Source: Hormiphora californensis
Taxonomy: Eukaryota; Animalia; Ctenophora
DNA length: 64,000 nt
Reading direction: 5' to 3'
Assembly (NCBI GenBank): GCA_020137815.1
Contig: CM035353.1
Coordinates: 7,874,001-7,938,000, forward strand
In this document: positions 13,086 to 25,656 of the stretch, piece by piece
Position numbering within the stretch: position 1 is the stretch's first letter
Layout of the letters: every line of letters starts with the position of its first letter
Program-made: the position numbers and the translations under genes
Notes under the pieces: model-generated
What the model was told of the DNA's origin: nothing
What the model saw: only the letters and a program-made list of their open reading frames with translations
Databases searched by the model: none

Positions 13086-13977
13086 AAACAAATACCAAAA
13101 GAAATTCCCTCCTATTTTCATTAGATTATTTTTTTCCGGAGCATTGTTTTTTTCTGAGCATGATGTTACTAATATTGTCCACAAATCACTTGTTGAAAGG
13201 TGAGGGAACCGTTATATTTCTGGGCAAATTGCAACGGTTGGTAAGGGTTTGATTGGTGCCTTAATTTGGAACCCCCGCCCTACCAATAAATCATGACATG
13301 TGCCATATGACCATGACGTGGTAGCACGTCTTCCAAGGATAAAAACTACACTGTGGGGTTGTGATTGCTGCGTCGAGCCACACCGAACCGAACGGTGACG
13401 CTTATTAGGCGCCCAAGCACCGGCCACCACTCCGCCTGGCAAGGTGGGTGTCGGGTTGGGTGTGGGCCTGTGCTCCGGTGGAGTAAGTTAATAAACCTAT
13501 GACACTTGCAAAGTGACTCGGAGGTGAAGGATCCTTGGTAACCAAATAGGGTCCCCTAAGCAATTGCCTTGCTTGGTTTTACCATCAGACAACGCTATGC
13601 GGGGTATTATTATGGCAAAAACCAACCGTTGGATTCGCATCAGCCAAAAATTGCCAAAACCAGTTTTACATCCATTCATTGTTACATCCATTGGGTGTGG
13701 CGTCGGGCATAATTTCCTGTTTCATGTTAGGTTGAGATCTAAAATTTTGTCTAAGTGATACTGCGTCATATTTCATTTATGGTCATTATACTTGGGCCAT
13801 GTTATATGCAAAAAGCTAGACAAACAAACTTGTTGCATATTAAGAAGGTTTTAATTGAAAAAATTTAAAAAACTATAATTAAACAATAGACTAGCCATAT
13901 GTATTGGGTTCCAATCCCCCCGGTTGGGTTGTGAATAAAAGAGGTGCACACACGATCAGTTTTTTGTGAGATTGGGT

Positions 13978-13994
13978 GGCTTTGGAAAAAAGCC
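13978..13994 (-). promoter_or_regulatory. Histone 3' stem-loop (H4)
   Basis: Minus strand GGCTTT-TTTCC-AAAGCC-ACCCA. Confidence 0.7.
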
Positions 13995-14043
13995 CTTTTT
14001 TTTTTCGGGATCGGGCAAGCCCTGATACATGGGGTTTCGGGGT

Positions 14044-14408
14044 ATAACCTCCGAATGACGTTATAGTTATAGGGGACGTACCTCCTGACGACTTTTTGAG
14101 GGCGCTCACAAAATTTCCATAGCGGGGTTTTAACAGGTTTCCTATTGGAATGTCGCAGTAGTCACAGCATAACTGATAACGTTCCCAGAAGACCTTGAGG
14201 ACAACATAGGTCTACTCGTGAGAATCAGTAAGATTGCTTTCGCTTCACTCCTACCCTCCTCGCAAGTCGTCGGATTGGCGGATTGTGGTGTTCCTTGGAT
14301 GTATCTCGTAGGAGCTTTAGGATAGATGTTATTAGAATCTTTCATGACGTTTGGCACACTCCCTTTCAAGTCCCTTTTGCATCCTTTACCACGTCCGACC
14401 AGTGACAT
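14044..14408 (-). pseudogene. H4: Histone H4 (frame-disrupted as assembled)
   Basis: MSxxGRGKG start; nucleotide remnants of AKRH, IQG, NVIxxAVT, AMxxVxALK, RQG and FGG; followed by a stem-loop. Confidence 0.75.
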
Positions 14409-15085
14409 AGGTCGATTTGTACGGAAAAGAAGGAAAGGAAGAGAAAGACGTAGGAAAGAAAGATGTCGTTAAAGTTGATAAATTGACTAGACTTTGGCAC
14501 AGTCACAAGTCGAGGAGATAAATCTCACTCGGACCCATCACAGAAGTTTCTCCTAAGTGTACAATCGTTTTTACAAAAATAGAGTTGCTACTAAACTAGA
14601 GAGCTCTCGTTATGTCGCAACTCTAATTTTTGTATAATAAAAATAAAAAAAATTGTACACTGGGAGAAGAAATTCTGTGATTGTGTCGGAGGGAGAGAGC
14701 GAAAGGCAGAAGGGGGCGTTGGGACTGTGATCCCTGTGTTTAATGTTTGGAAGGAAAAGGAAAGATAAATGGGTTATGGTTTTTTATATATTAGAACTTA
14801 TTTGTCTGACCCATAAGCTTTAATACTTGTGGTGTTCTTGTTCGTGGCAAAATGCGCGCCGTTCAATCCCAAAAATAAGACTGTATCAAACTATTCCTGA
14901 TGGTTGTTTAGCCCGAAAAAGCCAAATCTGAGGCGTCCGATTGCGCTATCTAGTCCAGCAACGAATCAGGTTAGGGAGGCCTCTGGTTATGCGATCTTAT
15001 TGGCCACAATTTCTAATTACCGAAGGGTCATTTTATAAATACCGGTTCGATTTTTTGTATTTCAACTTGACATCTATCGATTAAC

Positions 15086-15744
15086 ATGGCCCAGAACACA
15101 AAGCAGACCCCAAGAAGACTGCCAGTAAATCTACCGGAGGGACAAAAGCTCCCCGAAAGCCCGAAAGCACAAGGCTCGCCACCAGGCCGCTCGGAAGAGT
15201 GCTCCCGCCACGGAGGAGCTGAAGAAGCCTTCAAAGGCCCCACGTGGGAAAATACGGAAATCACTATCCGAGTTCGGAGGGACTGAGGGGATAAGGAGAT
15301 GAGATCCCTCCCCCCCCCCCCCCCAAGGACTTCCCCTGCCCTTTACATCATGTCCGCTTTTGCGTTTGCTTCTGTCCTTCCTTGTTAATCCCTTTTTAGT
15401 TTCCGCTCTCCGCCCTCCATTTCGCTCCCCTGTCACTTGTCACTGCGCATTCTTAGTCTGTCTTTCACCGATCTTGGTCCCTCCTCGGGTACCAAAAAGG
15501 TCTACGATGCTACTGAGCGAGATTGCCCTTCCAAGCCGTCTGGTTCGCCTGAGATCGCACCAGGATTTCAAGACCGACCTGCGATTCCAGAGAGCACTTA
15601 TGTGATGGCCAACAGGAGTACAGGAGGTAGGAGGCTTACCGTTGGACTCTTCGGGACACAAACATGGTGCCATACACGCCAAGAGGTCACCATCATGCCA
15701 AGACAGCCAGATTAGCACGACGAAATCCAGGAGAGCGTGCCTAA
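15086..15744 (+). pseudogene. H3: Histone H3 (frame-disrupted; about 200 bp of unrelated sequence at 15250-15470)
   Basis: MAxxTKQT start, APATGG, QDFKTDLRFQ, AIHAK, VTIMP and GERA-stop remnants. Confidence 0.85.
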
Positions 15745-15901
15745 GTAATTAGGGGTCCTTCCTGTTGTTACATTTTGGTAACAACAAAAAGGGTGATGTC
15801 AGCGCGCCACCCAACCCCAACCCAAGATTAAAGAAAGAGGATAAGAGCGTGCCTAGATAATTATGGGTACTCCATGTTGTTACCTTTGGGTAACAACAAA
15901 C

Positions 15902-15917
15902 GGTGCTTTTCAGCGCC
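15902..15917 (+). promoter_or_regulatory. Histone 3' stem-loop (H3)
   Basis: GGTGCT-TTTC-AGCGCC-ACCCA then AAAAAGAAA. Confidence 0.8.
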
Positions 15918-16229
15918 ACCCAATTCTAAAAAGAAATGCCCTACTAAACCCTCTCGACCCATATCCCTGATAAATCGTTTGCAGTCGCACCACTCTAGCA
16001 TCGCACCAAAATAGGGCGTGTTTTGTAACGGGTCAAATTGTAAAATAATGCACTTTCTGAGAAAAAAATTTTCGCATCGTAATATTCGATGCGAAGAAAT
16101 CATTTTCTCGTTTCGAGAAATTGCGTGAAAAGAAGCGGCGCGACGTGGCCAAGAAATCGCCGATCAGATTAGAAATTGCGAAGATTCAGAGAAATCTTCA
16201 TTAATGTTTTTTTTTACTAAACACTGCCC

Positions 16230-16850
16230 TTAAAAGGGGGGGGGGGGGGGGGGGTAGGGTATAGGGGATTGACGGGGGGTCATTGCCCGGCCACCTCGAG
16301 GGAGGGGGAGGTGGGGGGGAGGGAAGACCTTGGGGCTCGGGGCTCCGGTGGGGCGGAAGTACCGGGAGGGGGGGAGGGGGGGCCCCGGGGTGAGAGCGGG
16401 AGCTCTCCCTGTATCCCCCTATGGGGGGGCGAGAGAGGGAGCGGAGGGGGGGGGGGCAAGCGAGATAGAGGGGCGCGCGAGGGAGATACTGAGATGGGTA
16501 GGTGAACAAGGGGATGAGGCGATGGGACGGGGGGTGTGGGGTGGGAGGTAGACGGGGTCGGGGGGGGAAAAGGTGCGGGGTAGGGGGTAAGCAAAGGTGG
16601 TCGGGTGGGGGTAGGGGGCGGTGGGGTATGGGGTAGGTGGGGGCATAGGGGTGGTGGGGGTATAGGGGGGGGGATGGTAAAGTTAGTAATAGTGGGTACC
16701 GGTATGGGTGGTTTAGGTTAGGTTGGGATTGGGTTTTGTATGGGAGGTGTCTAGGGGGGAGGTAGGGGGTCGGTAAGGGGGTAAGGGGTAGGGAGGGGGT
16801 ATATGTGGGTAGGTATAGGTTAGGTATAATGGTGGTTGGGGGTATATGGT
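16230..16850. repeat. G-rich low-complexity tract in the H3-H2A spacer
   Basis: Poly-G runs and GGGTA/GGTTA-like words with no stable period. Confidence 0.6.
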
Positions 16851-17344
16851 GACAAATGTGGATGTGACAGTGACCCATTTGTCACCATTCTCTTGGAGCT
16901 TCCTACAGGCATAATATGATGTTATGAGAACGGACGTGGCGGGGGGGACAGTGTTGTTTCAAGTCGATTGGAGTATTAAAAGCTTGGGGTCCAAGGTGGT
17001 TAATGCGTTAGGTAGTGGCGGAGGGCATGAGTAAGTCGGTACACCCTCAACGTGACTTTGGAGCGGTCCAAAAACACTACAGCCGATCCGGAATGGCCAT
17101 GTTAACAACTAATAAATATATTATATATATGTTCATAAGTGTGTTAACTGGGCATTCCGGATCGGCTAGTAGTGTTTTGGATATATCGGTCTAAGGAAAT
17201 TCATAAATTTTATCAAAGCCGAAATCCGCATATTTAGTCAAAAAATGGTGATGGTGACATACCCTAAATGGTCAGATAAGTCACCATGATTACCCCCCCG
17301 CCCTTCACAATGAATCTTTCAAGGGTTTCTTTTTGGATTTGGGT

Positions 17345-17362
17345 GGCGCTGATGAAAAGACC
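17345..17362 (-). promoter_or_regulatory. Degraded histone 3' stem-loop (H2A)
   Basis: Minus strand GGTCTTTTCATCAGCGCC-ACCCA-AATCC-AAAAAGAAAC. Confidence 0.6.
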
Positions 17363-17389
17363 TTTTTGCCAGTTTCTCCAGAGAAAACT

Positions 17390-18156
<767 letters not shown>

Positions 18157-18543
18157 ATGCCCCGGGCTTGTTCTGGAAAGAAGAGAAGAAGAGAACGAAG
18201 GAGGCAAGAAGCAGCGGGCCGGTCGGAGGAGACAAGAAGCGAGAAAGAGAAGAAGAAGAGGAAGGAGTCTTACTCCATATACATCTACAAGGTCTCAAAG
18301 CAGGTCACCCCTGACACTGGAATCAGCTCCAAGGCCATGTCCATCATGAACTCTTTCGTGAACGACATCTTGAGAGGATCGCCGGAGAGGCCCCTCGACG
18401 GGACTACTACAACAGCGTTAAGACCATCTCCTCCAGAGAGGTCCAGACCGCCGTCAGGCTGCTTTTGCCCGGTGAATCGCCAAAAACGTGTCTCTGAGGG
18501 AACCAAGGCTGTGACCAAGTACACTTCCTCAACCTCCAAGTAA
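18157..18543 (+). CDS. H2B: Histone H2B (local compensating frameshifts)
   Basis: [38 protein letters not shown]...[14 protein letters not shown]. Confidence 0.9.
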   Translation: MPRACSGKKRRRERRRQEAAGRSEETRSEKEKKKRKESYSIYIYKVSKQVTPDTGISSKAMSIMNSFVNDILRGSPERPLDGTTTTALRPSPPERSRPPSGCFCPVNRQKRVSEGTKAVTKYTSSTSK

Positions 18544-18581
18544 ACTGGAGAGATACGTCGGTTTTATAAAAACGGCAAAAA

Positions 18582-18597
18582 GGCTTTTTTCAAAGCC
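18582..18597 (+). promoter_or_regulatory. Histone 3' stem-loop (H2B)
   Basis: GGCTTT-TTTC-AAAGCC-ACCCA then AAAAAGAAAC. Confidence 0.85.
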
Positions 18598-18718
18598 ACC
18601 CAATTTTAAAAAGAAACATGACAGTACCTCTTTCCGAGATCCTTGCTGTACGGTTAGTTAAACAGGAATCTGAGCTGGAGGGTTCGTGCAGTGAACACCA
18701 TGACTTTATAGATCTATA

Positions 18719-21700
18719 CAGGGTGGTGAACTGCAGTCGGTTTGCTAGTCGCGAGCGTGTGCGAGACAAGCAAACACGTCAAGGTTCATTAACAAGCATG
18801 CTGCTCAGTCAGTCATTTAGATTTAATACACAATGTAAGGATACACGTAATAGGTGAGACTCTTGCCGTCACCCTCGTTCAAGTCCCGTGAAAAACGGAG
18901 CAGTACACGCAAACTGATGCCCATTTTCCTCGCGTGACCCGATTCAGCAGTTTGAGACACCAACTCTTAGGGGGCCATATCTCAGGAACCAGACAAGATA
19001 GGAAAAATCGCCGTTTAACGAGGCGTACAGTTTTTAATCTAGTTTACCACTGTACGGCCGTTTCACTCTCGACCTAAAACAAAAATCGCAAACCCACAAA
19101 ACTTCAAAATAATGAAATTCGCATCTCGCATGTCGTGTTGCATGTCGTGTTGCATGTCGTGTCAGTTATTGACGCGCTCGCGTTCAACTCTCACACAGAG
19201 CTGCAGAACAGGCGGGAAACATCGAGGAGTAGAGAGAGGGTCGGTGCCGAATCAAATATTTCTTGATCTTGATCTACTCCATCTCTCAGCTACCTACCCC
19301 TCATCAACTCGATCCTCAGCACCCTACCCCTCATCTACTCCATCTTTCAGCTACCCTACCCCTCATCTACTCCACTTAGCTACCCTACCCTTTATAGTAT
19401 CTTCAGCTACCTACTCCTCATCTACTCCCATCTCTTAGCTTCCCTATTAGGGAAGCATAAAGATGGAAACGATTAGGGGTAGGGAATCCCTATCCATAAT
19501 CGTTCCATCTCTATGCTCCCTAGCCCTCATCAACTCCATCTTTAGCTCCCTACCCTAATCTAGTCCATCTCTCGTACCCTATCCTCATCTATCCATCTCT
19601 CAGCTACCCTACCTCCATTTACTCCACTCTCAGCTACCTACCTCCCGTTTACTCCATCTTCAGCTTCCCTACTCATTTATCCATCTCTCAGCTTCCCTAC
19701 TCCCATTTACTCCATCGCTTACCTTCCCACCCCCATTTACTCATCTCTCAGCTTCCTACCTCCCATTTACTCCATCTCTCAGCTTACCTACCTCCCATTT
19801 ACTCCATATCTCAGCTCCCTACCTGCCATTTACTCCATCTTCAGCTACCTACCTCCCATTTACTCCATCTCTAGCTTACCTCCCATTTACTCCATCTCTC
19901 AGCTTCCCTACCTCCCATCACTCCATCTCTCAGCTTCCTACCTCCCATTTCTCCATTCTCAGCTACCCTACTCCCATTCACTCCATCTCTCAGCTACCCA
20001 CCTCCATTTACTCATCTCTCAGCTCCCTACCTCCCATTACCCCATCCTCAGCTCCCACCTCCATTTACTTCACCCTACCTCCATTTACTCCATCTCTCAG
20101 CTACCCTACCTCCCATTACTCCATCTCTCGATACTACACTCCCATTTACTCCATCTCTCAGCTACCTACCTCCCATTTACTCCATCTCCATCCCTACCTC
20201 CCATTACCCATCACTCAGCTTCTCACCTCCCATTTACCCACTCTCAGCTCCCTACCTCCCATAATCCATCTCTCAGCTACCCTACCTCCCATTTACTCAT
20301 CTCCACTCACCCCTTACTCCATTCTCACTCCTCCATCTACACCTCCCAGACCTCCTTTACGCCATTAACTTCCTACCTCCCATTTACTCCATCTCTCAGC
20401 TTCCTACCCTCATTTACTCCATCTCTCAGCGACCTACCTCCCCTATTACTACATCTCTCAGCTTCCTTACCTCCCATAAATACTCCATCTTCAGCTTCCC
20501 TACCTCCCATTTACTCCATCTCTCAGCTTCCCTACATCCCATTTACTCCATCTCAGCTGCCCTACCTCCATTTACTACACTCTCCGCTTCCTTGGTTACG
20601 AAGTCACCCCTATTATTGCTATAGCGCAGGGGGGAATTTCATTACCAAAGTTCCCTACCTCCCATTTCCCCATCTCTCATTACCTAACATCCTACCCTGA
20701 GCGATGGAGTAAGATGGGAGGTAGGGAAGATGAGAGATGGAGTAAATGCCAAATGGGAGGTAGGGAAGTGAGAGATGGAGAAATGGGAGGTAGGTAGCGA
20801 GAGATGGAGTAAATGGGAGGTAGGGGTAGCTGAGAGATGGAATAAATGGGAGGTAGGGAAGCTGAGAGATGGAGTAAATGGGAGGGTGGGTAGCGGAGAG
20901 AGGAGTAAATGAGAGGTAGGGAAGCTAGAAATGGAGTAAATGGGAGGTAGGGTAGCTGAGAGATGGAGTAAATGGAAGGTAATGGTAGCTGGAGAGGGAG
21001 TAAATGGAGGTAGGGGGAAAGAGGAGAGATGGAGGAAATGGAGGTAGGGAAGCGAGAGATGGAGTAAATGGGAGGTAGGTAAGTGAGAGAGGAGGTAAAG
21101 TACAAATGGGAGGTAGGGTAGCTGAGAGATGGAGTAAATGGCAGGTAGGGAAGCTGAGATATGGAGTAAATGGGAGGTAGGTAAGCTGAGAGATGGAGTA
21201 AATGGGAGGTAGGGAAGCTGAGAGATGGAGTAAATGGGAGGTAGGGAAGGTAAGCGATGGAGTAAATGGGAGGTAGGGAAGCTGAGAGATGGAGTAAATG
21301 GGAGGTAGGGAAGCTGAGAGATGGAGTAAACGGGAGGTAGGGTAGCTGAGAGATGGAGTAAATGGGAGGTAGGGTAGCTGAGAGATGGAGTAGATGAGGA
21401 GTAGGGTAGCGGAGAGATGGACTAGATTAGGGGTAGGGTAGCTGAAAGATGGAGTTGATGAGGGCTAGGGAAGCATAGAGATGGAAACGATTATGGATAG
21501 GGATTCCCTACCCCTAATCGTTTCCATCTTTATGCTTCCCTAATAGGGAAGCTGAGAGATGGAGTAGATGAGGAGTAGGGTAGCTGAGAGATGGACTAGA
21601 TAAGGGGTAGGGTAGCTGAAAGATGGAGTAGATGAGGGGTAGGGTAGCTGAAAGATGGAGTAGATGAGGGGTAGGGTAGCTGAGAGATCGAGTTGATGAG

Positions 21701-22290
21701 GGGTAGGATAGCTGAGAGATGGAGTAGATCAAGATCAAGAAATATTTGATTCGGCACCGACCCTCTCTCTACTCCTCGATGTTTCCCGCCATGTTCTGCA
21801 GCTGCTGTGTGAGAGTTGAACGAGAGCGCGTCAATAACATGACACGACATGCAACACGACATGCAACACGACATGCGAGATGCGAATTTCATTATTTTGA
21901 AGTTTTGTGGGGTTGCGATTTTTGTTTTAGGTCGGAGAGTGAAACAGCCGGTACAGTGGTAAACTAGATTAAAAACTGTACGCCTCGTTAGACGGCGATT
22001 TTTCCTATCTTGTCTGGTTCCTGAGATATGGCCCCCTAAAGAGTTGGTGTCTCAAACTGCTGAATCGGGGTCACGCGAGGAAAATGGGCATCAGTTTGCG
22101 TGTACTGCTCCGTTTTTCACGGGACTTGAACGAGGGTGACGGCAAGAGTCTCACCTATTACATGGTATCCATACATTGTGTATTAAATCTAAAATGACTG
22201 AGCAGCATGCTTGTTAATGAACCTTGACGTGTTTGCTTGTCTCGCAAGCGCGCTCGCGACTAGCAAACACGACATGCAGTTCACACCCTG
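18719..22290. mobile_element. Foldback (FB-like) element, TA-flanked, TIRs of about 1.6-1.9 kb containing a minisatellite
   Basis: TA|CAGGGTG...CACCCTG|TA; about 550-bp unique outer TIR then 32-bp repeats that switch strand at about 20690. Confidence 0.85.
19270..21730. repeat. 32-bp minisatellite CTCCCATTTACTCCATCTCTCAGCTTCCCTAC in two head-to-head arrays
   Basis: C-rich array to about 20690, G-rich array after it. Confidence 0.9.
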
Positions 22291-22295
22291 TATAT

Positions 22296-23647
22296 GGGGG
22301 GGGGGGGGGCCTGCCGCAAGAATCTCATGCCTCATTCGCGATTTTCAGGGTAGCTGAGATTTTTGAGATTTGCGATTTTTGGCCAAAAACCGTGAGATTA
22401 TTGAGAAAAATGAGGAAAATTTGCGATTTTTCCATCCAAAAATTCGGGATAGAAACAATCCTTGTGTTTTTTCCGAAAAATCGAAATTCTGAATAGAAAT
22501 TTTCTATGTTCTAATACAAAAGTTAATAAGAAGCTTAGAATGTGACAATGACCTAATTAGGTTATTAAATTAATAGTATGGTCTGGTTTTCAGCTAAAAA
22601 ATATGACGAAAAACCGAGTATTGGCAGAAAAAAATTGTGCAAATTTACCACAAAAATCTCAAAAATCTCAAACGTAATTGAGCAAATTTTCCCAAAAATC
22701 TCAAAAATCTCATCGGCCAAAAATACCGTGTGCGGCAAAAAAAATCCCCCCCTAGACCACCATAGTTGCCGATGTGGTGGAGAGCTGTAACTTGGCAGGG
22801 TTGCTCCACTATGTCTATCTTGATCCTGATAGAAAAATCAGAGCTCTAGCTCAAAATTCATTTTCATGAACGGAATGAACATTGTCATTCATTCCAGGAA
22901 AAAATATTTTCCGGTTCAAAATTTAACCAATTATGTTTGGCTATCGATTAGCTTTCCAATGTGACCAAGATCAGCTAAATTGGACAACCACAAGAGACAC
23001 AGTGTCATGTTTCTTAAAGTTAGTCAGGTCATGTGATCTTCACTGAATCGTTGATCGTGTTCAGTATTACGAATTGGTCTAAGTGGTAGAGAATCACGTA
23101 TCACATCTGCTAATGAGGGATGACGATGCTGATTGGTAATCAGATCTGTAGCTCTTTGATAAATGTCCTCTTTCCTCGAATCACATCACCCTGTATTGGT
23201 ACACATACCCAATTAGCGGCCATGATACGAGATTCCTTTGCCCATTGGCCCGATTAGCAATCCCGGAAACTCAACGATTCGGTGAAGATCACATGACCTG
23301 ACTAACTTAAAGCAACATGACACTGTGTCTCTTGTGGTTGTCCAATTTAGCTGATCTTGGTCACATTGGAAAGCAAATCGATAGCCAAACATAATTAGTT
23401 AAATTTTGGACCGGAAAATATTTTTTCCTGGAATGAATGACAATGTTCATTCCGTTCATGAAAATGAATTTTGAGCTAGAGCTCTGATTTTTCTATCAGG
23501 ATCAAGATAGACATAGTGGAGCAACCCTGCCAAGTTACAGCTCTCCACCACATCGGCAACTATGGTGGTCTAGGGGGGGTATTTTTTTTGCCGCACACGG
23601 TAGGGTAGCTGAGGTTCTTGCGAGATTCTTGCGGCAGGCCCCCCCCC
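22296..23647. mobile_element. TIR element with poly-G termini
   Basis: TATAT|G(n)CCTGCCGCAAGAATCTC...GAGATTCTTGCGGCAGGC(n)|TATAT. Confidence 0.65.
22726..23600. mobile_element. TA-flanked Tc1/mariner-type MITE with about 320-bp TIRs, nested in the previous element
   Basis: TA|CCGTGTGCGGCAAAAAAAA...TTTTTTTTGCCGCACACGG|TA; near-identical arms. Confidence 0.85.
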
Positions 23648-24791
23648 TATATCTAGATGCGTTGAGAGTTATAGTCGACCCCCATCGACTGTTTGTTACG
23701 CGGAAGGATAATTTCATTACCAACATCGACTGTTATACCTCTATTTCTGTCAAATTAGGCCCCATATTAGTTTTGGTGGCGTCAGACCCCGTTTTGGTCT
23801 TTGGGCTTTTTAGAATAATGAATGCGTTGGTGACTTTCCAGGGCACAGACCCGGAAATGAGAAAACAAAATGAGAAATAGGGGGTTTTCAAGGGTATAGG
23901 GGTTTAGGGAATTGTTTGGGTATCCTATCCAACAAGTTTCAGGTACCAGAAATTTTCGGGCGATTTTTGTGACTACTCAAAAATGAGTCTAATCTCGTAG
24001 CATATCGAACAACATTATATGAATGGCAGTTTCACCTTTTAAACCAAATTCTGTGGCTTCTTTCAAGCCAGGATCTGTCTTAAAATTGTACGACAGATGT
24101 CAAAATCTAAGCGGTAACTCAAATAGGTGACCTGTAATTTTTAGTTAACATTGGTCCTTCTGACACGCCAAAAAGTGAAAAAAGTTCGCTGGACAGGAAG
24201 TTTGGCTTTTCTAACAATGAAACTCTGATTTACCTCTATCCGACCCTAGTGGCATTTGTTTGCCAGTGTACAGGGGTTCTCGATACGAAGCCTTTAGATT
24301 TTGTCCTTCCGATACGCAAATGTCGAAATAGCTCAAACTAGTGCAGCCTGTAGATTCAGTAAAGGGGGTTGAAACTGTAGTTAGGGAAAAAAGCCGTGAG
24401 ACTGAAAAAAAAATGGGAAACAAGCTAATTCCTTCACCAATGTGTCCCCAAGGGTCTCCTAGAACACCACTGAGTTTTTTCGAATCCGGCATGAGGTGCA
24501 ACATTTCCAAGCGTTAAAATAAATCTATCAAAAAAAGTTTAAAAAATCAAAAAAAGTTCCAAAAAAATCAAAAACGATCAAATAAAATAAAAAAATGATC
24601 AAAACCCGATCAAAAAAATTTTTTTTAAATTAAAAACGATCAAAAAAATCAAAAAAGATAAAAAAAAATCAAAAAAGATTAAAAAAAAACGACCAAAAAA
24701 ATCAACAATTTTGAAAATCCTGGGTATGGTTGTATGAGTGAGAGATGGAATGGGGATAAAAAATCGAGGGATTTCTTTGTGGTATTTGGGT

Positions 24792-24807
24792 GGCTTTAAA
24801 AAAAGCC
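24792..24807 (-). promoter_or_regulatory. Histone 3' stem-loop of the orphan H1 fragment
   Basis: Minus strand GGCTTT-TTTT-AAAGCC-ACCCA-AATACC-ACAAAGAAAT. Confidence 0.8.
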
Positions 24808-24858
24808 GTTGTTTCTGAAAGCAAAGTTACTTTCAGAAGATGTGAACAATGTCACCGT

Positions 24859-25038
24859 TTACTTCTTAGCCTTCTTGGGGGTAGCCTTCTTCGCAGTTGG
24901 CTTCTTCTTGGCTGCAGCAGTCTTCTTCTTCGGGGCAGCCTTCTTGGGGGTAGCAGTCTTCTTGGCGCCGGCTTTCTTGGCAGCAGGTTTCTTGGCAGCG
25001 GGCTTCTTTACTGCAGCAGCCAGTTTGAAAGATCGGGA
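24859..25038 (-). pseudogene. H1: 5'-truncated histone H1 fragment (C-terminal tail only)
   Basis: SFKLAAAVKKPAAKKPAAKKAGAKKTATPKKAAPKKKTAAAKKKPTAKKATPKKAKK-stop, in frame; cut at a poly-G run. Confidence 0.85.
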
Positions 25039-25209
25039 GGGGGGGGGGGGAGGGGGCGGCTGAAGTTTTTGAAGTCGACTTCAAAAACTTCAAAAACTAA
25101 AAAGGGTAGGAAAATTCAAAAACTTATAAACCAGGAAATGATCGAAATTTCGGCTTGATTTTAGTCAGACAACCTACAATCCTAGATAACTGATCCAGTT
25201 GACACTGAA

Positions 25210-25656
25210 GTAACGGGTGACAACTAAAAATCTGGACATTTTTCTGTGAGCTCTAGCGCCGGTCTCGTTTGAGATACAGCTTCGGGCTAGTGATAGAACG
25301 AATTTTCAGACAATTTTGAATCAGAATTGACATTAACGGAGTGTGAAACAAAGTTAATTTCGTTCAAAATTGTCTGAAAAATCATTCTATCGCTGCCCCG
25401 AAGCTGTATCTCAAAAAGAACAGGCGCTAGAGGTGCTAGAAAAGTGTGTAAATTTCACGTAATACATGCTTTGGTGGGTCAAGAGGAAATGATGCGATAT
25501 GGCAATGAAAATGAACTTTTTAGTCTTTCCCGTTGTGTTATTCTGATTCAAAATTGTCTGAAAAATCGTTCTATCACTGGCCTGAAGCTGTATCTCAAAC
25601 GGGGACGGCGCTAGAGCTCACAGAAAAGTGTCCAGATTTTTAGTTGTCACCCGTTA
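25210..25656. mobile_element. Palindromic mariner-type MITE
   Basis: TAACGGGTGACAACTAAAAATCTGGACA mirrored by TGTCCAGATTTTTAGTTGTCACCCGTTA; internal repeated TTTGAGATACAGCTTC module. Confidence 0.7.

Noticed and set aside
16201-16878. 225-aa Pro-rich ORF, or an interstitial telomere
   Set aside because: Translation of a G-rich low-complexity tract; no regular TTAGGG/TTAGG period
19112-19438. Cys/Met-rich ORFs (MSCCMSCCMSC) as metal-binding proteins, also at 21596 and 62860
   Set aside because: They arise from a 12-bp tandem (GCATGTCGTGTT) in a TIR and run into the minisatellite
19270-21730. 32-bp repeat array as a CRISPR array
   Set aside because: Units are contiguous with no unique spacers, there are no cas genes, and the context is eukaryotic
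24520-24720. A-rich AAAAAATC repeats as a retrocopy poly-A tail of the H1 fragment
   Set aside because: It is T-rich on the H1 coding strand, periodic, and separated from the cleavage site by genomic flank
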